Shown here: positions 58,578 through 64,000 of the stretch, one piece after another
Numbering within the stretch: the first letter of the stretch is position 1
How the letters are laid out: every line of letters begins with the position of its first letter
From: Longimicrobiales bacterium
GTDB lineage: Bacteria > Gemmatimonadota > Gemmatimonadetes > Longimicrobiales > Gaopeijiaceae
DNA length: 64,000 bases
Direction of reading: 5' to 3'
Assembly: GCA_965226375.1 (NCBI GenBank)
Contig: CBDDCX010000008.1
Location: 192,001 to 256,000 of the forward strand
Notes under the pieces: model-generated
What the model was told of the DNA's origin: nothing
What the model saw: only the letters and a program-made list of their open reading frames with translations
The model's database searches: none
Made by a program: the position numbers and the translations under genes

Positions 58578-59450
58578 CTACCGCGTCCACGGCCTATCTT
58601 GCGTCACACCGATCGGCTCGAGGGAGCGCGACGGCCGCCGAGCTTCTCTGGTGGCCAGATCGAATTCGTCGCCGGGTGCGAGCATGTAGAAGAGACCCGA
58701 GTCACCGATCATGCTCTGGTTGTCGTAGATGAGGACGTAACTCTGACCGATGACCTCGAATTCGTCACCCTGGACCACGATGGCGGTGTTCTCGTCGATC
58801 GCGATGCCGAGCAGCTCGGGCCGGGCACGGATGATCTCGATGAGATCGAACTGCCGGTTGCGCTTGAGGACGTGCTGATCGATGGCCGTGTTACGGAGAA
58901 AACCGAAGCCTTCCTCGTGGTCTCCCATCATGATCGTGTTGGTGCGCGTGTCACCCCGAGCCAGATAAGACCCCTGGATGCTCGCGCCGGCCGAGGAGCC
59001 CCCGATGACTCCGCCGCGCTCCAGCAGATTCCATAGCTCCTCCTCCGTCTTGGTACCGAGATAGGAATCCGCGATTCGCCATTGGCGCCCTCCGGGGAAC
59101 CACACGCCATTGGCTTCCCGGATCGCCTTAACGAACGCGTCGGAATCGGCCTCCGTCCGATCGTTCGTGTGAAGCACCGTGAGGTGGGTGGCGCCCACGT
59201 CGCGCCAGGAGTTGAGACCCTGGTAGAACTCGTCGTACTCATTTTCACCGCCGGCCGTGGGGATGACCACGATCGGAGCGTTGGGGCCACCCGCCAAGTC
59301 CAGGAAGCGCTCCATGATGCCCGGGTCGCGCATCGCTCCCCCCACAATGACCAGGGAGCCGTTCGACGGACCCACCTCCTGGGCCCCGAGCCACGGGACG
59401 AACGACAGGAACACCAGCGCTGCCAGGGTGCTCAGGGTTGGTCGATGCAT
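58578..59450 (-). CDS. Secreted cyanophycinase-like S51 peptidase
   Basis: Signal peptide; IPTA, GGRQ, GGSSAGA, IDQH, IDENTA. Confidence 0.88.
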   Translation of the reverse strand: MHRPTLSTLAALVFLSFVPWLGAQEVGPSNGSLVIVGGAMRDPGIMERFLDLAGGPNAPIVVIPTAGGENEYDEFYQGLNSWRDVGATHLTVLHTNDRTEADSDAFVKAIREANGVWFPGGRQWRIADSYLGTKTEEELWNLLERGGVIGGSSAGASIQGSYLARGDTRTNTIMMGDHEEGFGFLRNTAIDQHVLKRNRQFDLIEIIRARPELLGIAIDENTAIVVQGDEFEVIGQSYVLIYDNQSMIGDSGLFYMLAPGDEFDLATREARRPSRSLEPIGVTQDRPWTR

Positions 59451-59542
59451 GGTCTTCTCCAAGAGTCGGGTCGCTGCAGGCGACGCACAAAGTGTCGTCG
59501 CGCTACGGGGTGGGCAAACCGTCGGGTGCACGTGGACAGGTC

Positions 59543-59623
59543 GCGGGAGTCGCACATCGCCCTCACCCCGCTGCGCTACTGCCGCTTTGCGGCAGACGGG
59601 TTCGGGAGATGTGCGACTCCCGC
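59543..59623. repeat. REP-like nested inverted repeat
   Basis: Perfect 16-bp arms 59543-59558/59608-59623; inner hairpin CTGCCGC-TTT-GCGGCAG. Confidence 0.78.
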
Positions 59624-59698
59624 TCCCCCGACCGGGTTCCTACGGAACGCTCCGCCCCGTGCTGCTCCCTTGGGCTTGTTGCGGTCAGTTCGCTCGCC

Positions 59699-61696
59699 TC
59701 ACACCAGACCCGGGTCGGTGACGATCTCCACCAGGCTCGCCCCGCCGTGTGCCAGCGCGCGCTTCAACACTTCTTCGAGGTCTTCGGCCCTCGTTACGCG
59801 GATGCCGAGCCCGCCGCAGTTCTCCGCGAAGGCCGCGAAGCTCGGGTTGTGAAGCGACGTTTGCCAAACGTCCCAATCCCCGGCTCTTTGCTCCTTCGAG
59901 ATCTTGCCGAGTTCGGAGTTGTTCAAGAGGATGTGAGTGATGTTCATGCCGTACTTCACCGCGGTCGTGAATTCGGCCATGTATTGCCCGAATCCTCCGT
60001 CTCCGGAGACCGAGATGACGGGGCGGTCCTTGAATCGTGCGTCGTCCTCCTGCGTGGCCGCCCAAGCGCCGAGGGCCGCAGGAAGCGCGAATCCGATCGA
60101 GCCCAGGTATCCGGACATGAGCACTGCCTGTCCGGTGCATTCGAAGTACCGCCCGAACGAATAGGTGTTGTTGCCGACGTCGACGGCGATGACGGCGTTT
60201 TCCGGTATCACCCGATTCATCACGTCGAAGACGACGGACGAGCTTACACCTTTCCCGCGGTCGTCCTCGAGACGGACAGCCTTCTCGGTCCGCCAGATCT
60301 TCCATCGTAGCGCGACCTCATCACGTTGATCCTCGCTTGCAACCTCGTCCCCCAGTCTCTCACATAGCAGGCCGAGTGTGACCCCGATCTCACCCCACAC
60401 CGGCACGTCTACCCGATGGAACTTGCCCAGCGTCATGGCGTCGAAGTCGACCTGGATCGTGGGCTTCTTGGGCGTGATTCCGGTGTGATTGCTGAAGGAG
60501 GCGCCCAGCACGAGCAGGCAATCCGCCTCGTTCATGAACCAACTCGCGATGGGCGTGCCGCTACGGCCCAGAACCCCACATCCGAGCGGGTGGTGGTCGG
60601 AGACGAGGCCCTTCGCCTTGAAGGTCGTGATGACGGGGCTTCCCAACCGTTCCGCCAACTCGATGACGGCCGGCATGTTGAAACGAGCACCATGGCCCAC
60701 GATGATCACGGGCCGCTTCGCGGTGCGCAGCAGCTCGGACGCCTGGTCCAGAGCGTCGTCGGGCGGTGCGATGTCGCGGGCCGTGATGCGACCCAGGGGG
60801 CCGCCCGACCTAGCGCCGTCCCTCGCCGGGAGCTTCTGAACCTCATCCGGGAAGATCAGGTGGGACACGCCACGGTTCAGCAGCGCACTCTTACACGCCA
60901 AGGTCATGAGCTCCGCGTGCCGACTCGTGTGCAGAACCGATTGGCTCCACTGAGCCACCTTCCCGTACGCGGCCTGGAGATCGACCTCCTGAAAGGCACC
61001 GGGTCCGAGGACCTGTGTGTTGACTTGTCCGGTCAGGGCCAGAATCGGCGCGCGGTCCACATTGGCGTCCCACAGACCGGTAAGGAGGTTCGGTGCACCG
61101 GGACCGGCGATCGCGAGGCAGGCGGCGGGCCTGCCGGTGAGCTTGCCGTATGCCGAGGCTGCGAACGAGGCCGCTCCTTCATGTCGTATCCCGTAGTACG
61201 TGAGGTTGCCCGCCTCTTCTTGTAGCCGGAAGGCGTCGGCCAGTCCGAGATTCGAGTGTCCGACCATGCCCCACACGTGTTTGATGCCCCAGTTGACCAT
61301 CGTCTCGGCCATGAGGTCCGACACCGTGCGGATGTGCGCTCCCTCCTTCTCGAACCCGACGTAGATGCCGTCTTCACGGACCTCGATCGGAAAAGTCTCC
61401 ACACCGTCATCATATCCGGGAGGGATGCCCGTGGTCGGGTGGAAGTCCCAGCCATGCCACGGGCAACGGAGGAGTCCGTTCTCGATAGAGCCCTCGCCGA
61501 GCGGTCCGCCTTGGTGGGGACAGCGGTTGTCCAGGGCAGCATATTCGCCCTCGAACCGCGAGAGGCAGACGGTTCGGTGAGCACAGGTGGCGGTGGTGAC
61601 ACGACCCTCGGGAAGCTCTTCGTGGTCCAGGACCTTGAACCAGGTTCGGGCTGGGCCGTTGTCGCTGGGCGTGGGGCCGCGGTCATGCTTCGTCAC
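59699..61696 (-). CDS. Rieske [2Fe-2S]-fused TPP-dependent enzyme (pyruvate oxidase-like)
   Basis: CPHQGG..CPWHGW; RHEGAA; GDGG..N; AAGGAGG before GTG. Confidence 0.9.
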   Translation of the reverse strand: MTKHDRGPTPSDNGPARTWFKVLDHEELPEGRVTTATCAHRTVCLSRFEGEYAALDNRCPHQGGPLGEGSIENGLLRCPWHGWDFHPTTGIPPGYDDGVETFPIEVREDGIYVGFEKEGAHIRTVSDLMAETMVNWGIKHVWGMVGHSNLGLADAFRLQEEAGNLTYYGIRHEGAASFAASAYGKLTGRPAACLAIAGPGAPNLLTGLWDANVDRAPILALTGQVNTQVLGPGAFQEVDLQAAYGKVAQWSQSVLHTSRHAELMTLACKSALLNRGVSHLIFPDEVQKLPARDGARSGGPLGRITARDIAPPDDALDQASELLRTAKRPVIIVGHGARFNMPAVIELAERLGSPVITTFKAKGLVSDHHPLGCGVLGRSGTPIASWFMNEADCLLVLGASFSNHTGITPKKPTIQVDFDAMTLGKFHRVDVPVWGEIGVTLGLLCERLGDEVASEDQRDEVALRWKIWRTEKAVRLEDDRGKGVSSSVVFDVMNRVIPENAVIAVDVGNNTYSFGRYFECTGQAVLMSGYLGSIGFALPAALGAWAATQEDDARFKDRPVISVSGDGGFGQYMAEFTTAVKYGMNITHILLNNSELGKISKEQRAGDWDVWQTSLHNPSFAAFAENCGGLGIRVTRAEDLEEVLKRALAHGGASLVEIVTDPGLV

Positions 61697-62556
61697 GATG
61701 TCCTCCTTGGCGCAATGGGGCACTCTCCTCGAAATCGAGAGCGGCCGCGTCACATACCGGACGATACCCGATGTTCTGGTAGATCCGGTTCGATGTCGGG
61801 TTTTCCAGGTCGGTGTAAAGAAAGCAGAATGACCGACCGGTATCGAGCAGGTGTTGGCTCACCGCGGCCACACACGCAGAGGCGTACCCACGACCGCGCA
61901 GACCGGGTGGTGTGTAGACGAGGTTGACCCGGATCCCGTTCGGCGTGGGACCGGCTGAGGCGGCCATGGACACGGGCCCGCCGTCCTCCCAGATGAAGAC
62001 GGACTGCTCGTCGATCCTTCTGCGGGCCGCCGCACGCACGTCGGTTTCGCCGCCAATGTGGGTGTCGCGCTCGAAGGCGGTCATCCACTCCACCAGCAGG
62101 TCGAGGTCACCGGCCTCGATGACTCGTATGCTCCCTGAGGCTCGGGAACGCGGAGGCTGCACCTGGTCGAGTTGGTAGATGCGCAGGCTCATTGCCGTGG
62201 TGACCGCCGCCGGTCGGCGCGTGACCCAGGCTTCCGCGAAGGCCTCGGCGGCTTCCACGCGGCCTGTGACACCAGGAACGTCCTCATACCGGTCGGCGAG
62301 GTCTGCTGCCAGGGCGTCGAGGTATGGGCGAGGGGCGGAGCTCACGACTGCTCTCTGGGGGGGCCGTGCGCATGGCACAGGCTACGGGGCGCTTCCCATC
62401 GAGGACCACCGCCAGGTAGTCGGAGGAGTCTTCCTCTCCGGTCTCGAGCCTCGCGCTGACCCCGAGGATCAGGTTGTTCTCGGCTTCGGCTTCCAGCAGC
62501 AAAGTGCCGCTCGACTCCAGGAAGGAGGCTCCGTTTCGGTGTCGCTCGACCCTCAT
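61683..62556 (-). pseudogene. GNAT acetyltransferase split by a +1 frameshift
   Basis: EAENNLILG in ORF 62284-62556; VYTPPGLRGRGYA, NPTSNRIYQ in ORF 61683-62378; shift at G7 run 62357-62363. Confidence 0.82.
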
Positions 62557-62777
62557 CTCGCTGATCCCATGACATGTTACGCGCTGTGCGCAGTGGCTTC
62601 CATTACCGATGGATCGCGGGCCCTTCGATGACCAATTGCCTCCATTTATGGGGAGACGTCGAGGGAAACGAAAGGAGGCGATGGACTGCGGTCGGTGTGG
62701 AACCTAGTCTTCCGCAGTTCGTTCGGGTCCAGAGACGTCCCTCGACCCGTTTTCCTGAACCTTGCACCCCGGCTTCC

Positions 62778-63677
62778 GTGACATTCGGCATCCAGAGCAC
62801 AGAATCCCTTCTCGAGGGGCTGGGCAGGGAGGTCCAGACCCAGGTCCAGCGGGCTAGTGAAGCTCTCACTCAGCCGGGCGACCTCGGCGTGGCGGCGCAC
62901 GTGTCCCGACGGACTCTCAAGAAAGCGCGTGCGCTCCTGAAGTTCGCTCGCCCGGCGCTGACTCCCGACGTCTATCGCCGGGGCAATCACACGATGAGGG
63001 ATGCGGGGCGATGCACTGCCCGAGTCCGCGACGCCGACGTGCTCGTCGAAACCGCTCGCTCGGTCCGCCGGATTGAACCGGAGGCTGGACTCGACGATAC
63101 ATGGTGCCGACTGCTGGAAGATCTCGAGACCGAGCGTGCCGAACTCTTCGCGACGGCTCCAGGGCCCGACGGCCCGTTCAGGAAGGCCAGGGGCCTTATC
63201 GGATCGATCGCAACCGGTTGGCCAACCGTGAGTGAGGTCGGCGATCGGGAGCTACTGCGTGTGGGTTTGGCCACCTCCTACGGACTGGTCCGCGCCCACT
63301 ACGAGCGTGCGTATCGGGAAGGAGCGGACACCAGGGCCCATCACGAACTGAGGAAGCGGGCCAAGGATCTTCGACATCAGATCGAGTTCTTGAGCGGGAT
63401 CGCTCCGGATATTCTGGAGCCCTGCGCAACCGAGCTTCATCAGCTCAGCGATCTCCTGGGGGATGGCAACGATCTGGTGGTACTGGCGCTGTATGTCGAC
63501 TCGGCGCCTGGCGTCACGGACGCCCGGCGCGCCGATCTACTCGCCGGTTTGAGCGAGCGTCGCGAAGGCCTGTGGAAGGAAGCGAAACGATTGGGAGCAC
63601 GCGTCCTCGACGACGGGAGCGACCACTTCGTAGGGCGAGTGGAGACGTGTTGGGTGGAAGCCAGGCCTCAGGGGTAG
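62778..63677 (+). CDS. CHAD-domain (polyphosphate-binding) protein
   Basis: H.SRR.LKKARA, RDADV, HELRKRAKDLRH, LG..NDL; start approximate. Confidence 0.85.
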   Translation: MTFGIQSTESLLEGLGREVQTQVQRASEALTQPGDLGVAAHVSRRTLKKARALLKFARPALTPDVYRRGNHTMRDAGRCTARVRDADVLVETARSVRRIEPEAGLDDTWCRLLEDLETERAELFATAPGPDGPFRKARGLIGSIATGWPTVSEVGDRELLRVGLATSYGLVRAHYERAYREGADTRAHHELRKRAKDLRHQIEFLSGIAPDILEPCATELHQLSDLLGDGNDLVVLALYVDSAPGVTDARRADLLAGLSERREGLWKEAKRLGARVLDDGSDHFVGRVETCWVEARPQG

Positions 63678-64000
63678 AGGCGCTCCGTATCCCATCCCCC
63701 CTCTTGCCGGCTGTAGATGAGCCGGTCGTGCAGGCGGTTGAGACGTCCCTGCCAGAACTCGATGCGCTCCGGCACGACCCGATATCCGCCCCAGAACTCG
63801 GGGAGCGGTATCTCCTGGTTCTTGAAGCGCTCTTCGACCTCTGACACCTGCTCCTCCAGCTCGGACCGCACGTGCAAGGTGTTGCTTTGCCGAGACGCCC
63901 ACGCCCCGATCTGGCTTCCCCGGGTCCTGGTGCGGAAGTAGGCCTCGGACTCCGCCGCGCCGATCCGCTCCACCCGGCCCTCAACTCTCACTTGCCTCTG
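63668..64000 (-). CDS. pdxH: Pyridoxamine 5'-phosphate oxidase, 5'-partial
   Basis: SQIGAWASRQS, WGGY, EFWQGR..RLHDR, RLYP. Confidence 0.95.
   Translation of the reverse strand, partial: QRQVRVEGRVERIGAAESEAYFRTRTRGSQIGAWASRQSNTLHVRSELEEQVSEVEERFKNQEIPLPEFWGGYRVVPERIEFWQGRLNRLHDRLIYSRQEGGWDTERLYP

Overview
High-GC bacterial chromosomal window. The gene set (choice-of-anchor B protein, Tat-signal SelA-like protein, Ser/Thr kinase with TM tail, typical secreted hypotheticals) suggests a Gemmatimonadota-like organism; this is inference only. About 50 CDSs: penicillin acylase, MtnA plus class II aldolase, an AUR1/PAP2 enzyme coupled to a kinase-M23-class III aminotransferase fusion, a TetR-TolC-HlyD-ABC-2 efflux operon, a Tat-exported PaoABC-like molybdoenzyme with a cytochrome b, a DNA-repair neighbourhood (AlkA, PA0069 radical SAM, Fpg/Nei), sixA/ppk1/CHAD, a secreted cyanophycinase-like protein, a Rieske-TPP enzyme and pdxH. 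There are four IS elements (IS1595, IS256, truncated IS3, IS481). No rRNA, tRNA or CRISPR array was seen. Most notable: (1) the IS1595 sits inside the left IR of the IS256 and has an NrdR-box-like 16-mer just inside each TIR, one overlapping the transposase start; (2) a 58-bp exact piece of IS3 orfA is embedded in frame in the IS481 transposase; (3) a histidine-kinase H-box is inverted relative to its ATPase domain; (4) two related REP-like hairpins flank the cyanophycinase gene; (5) many genes are broken, reflecting either genome decay or assembly error. All calls come from reading motifs by eye; no database searches were run.
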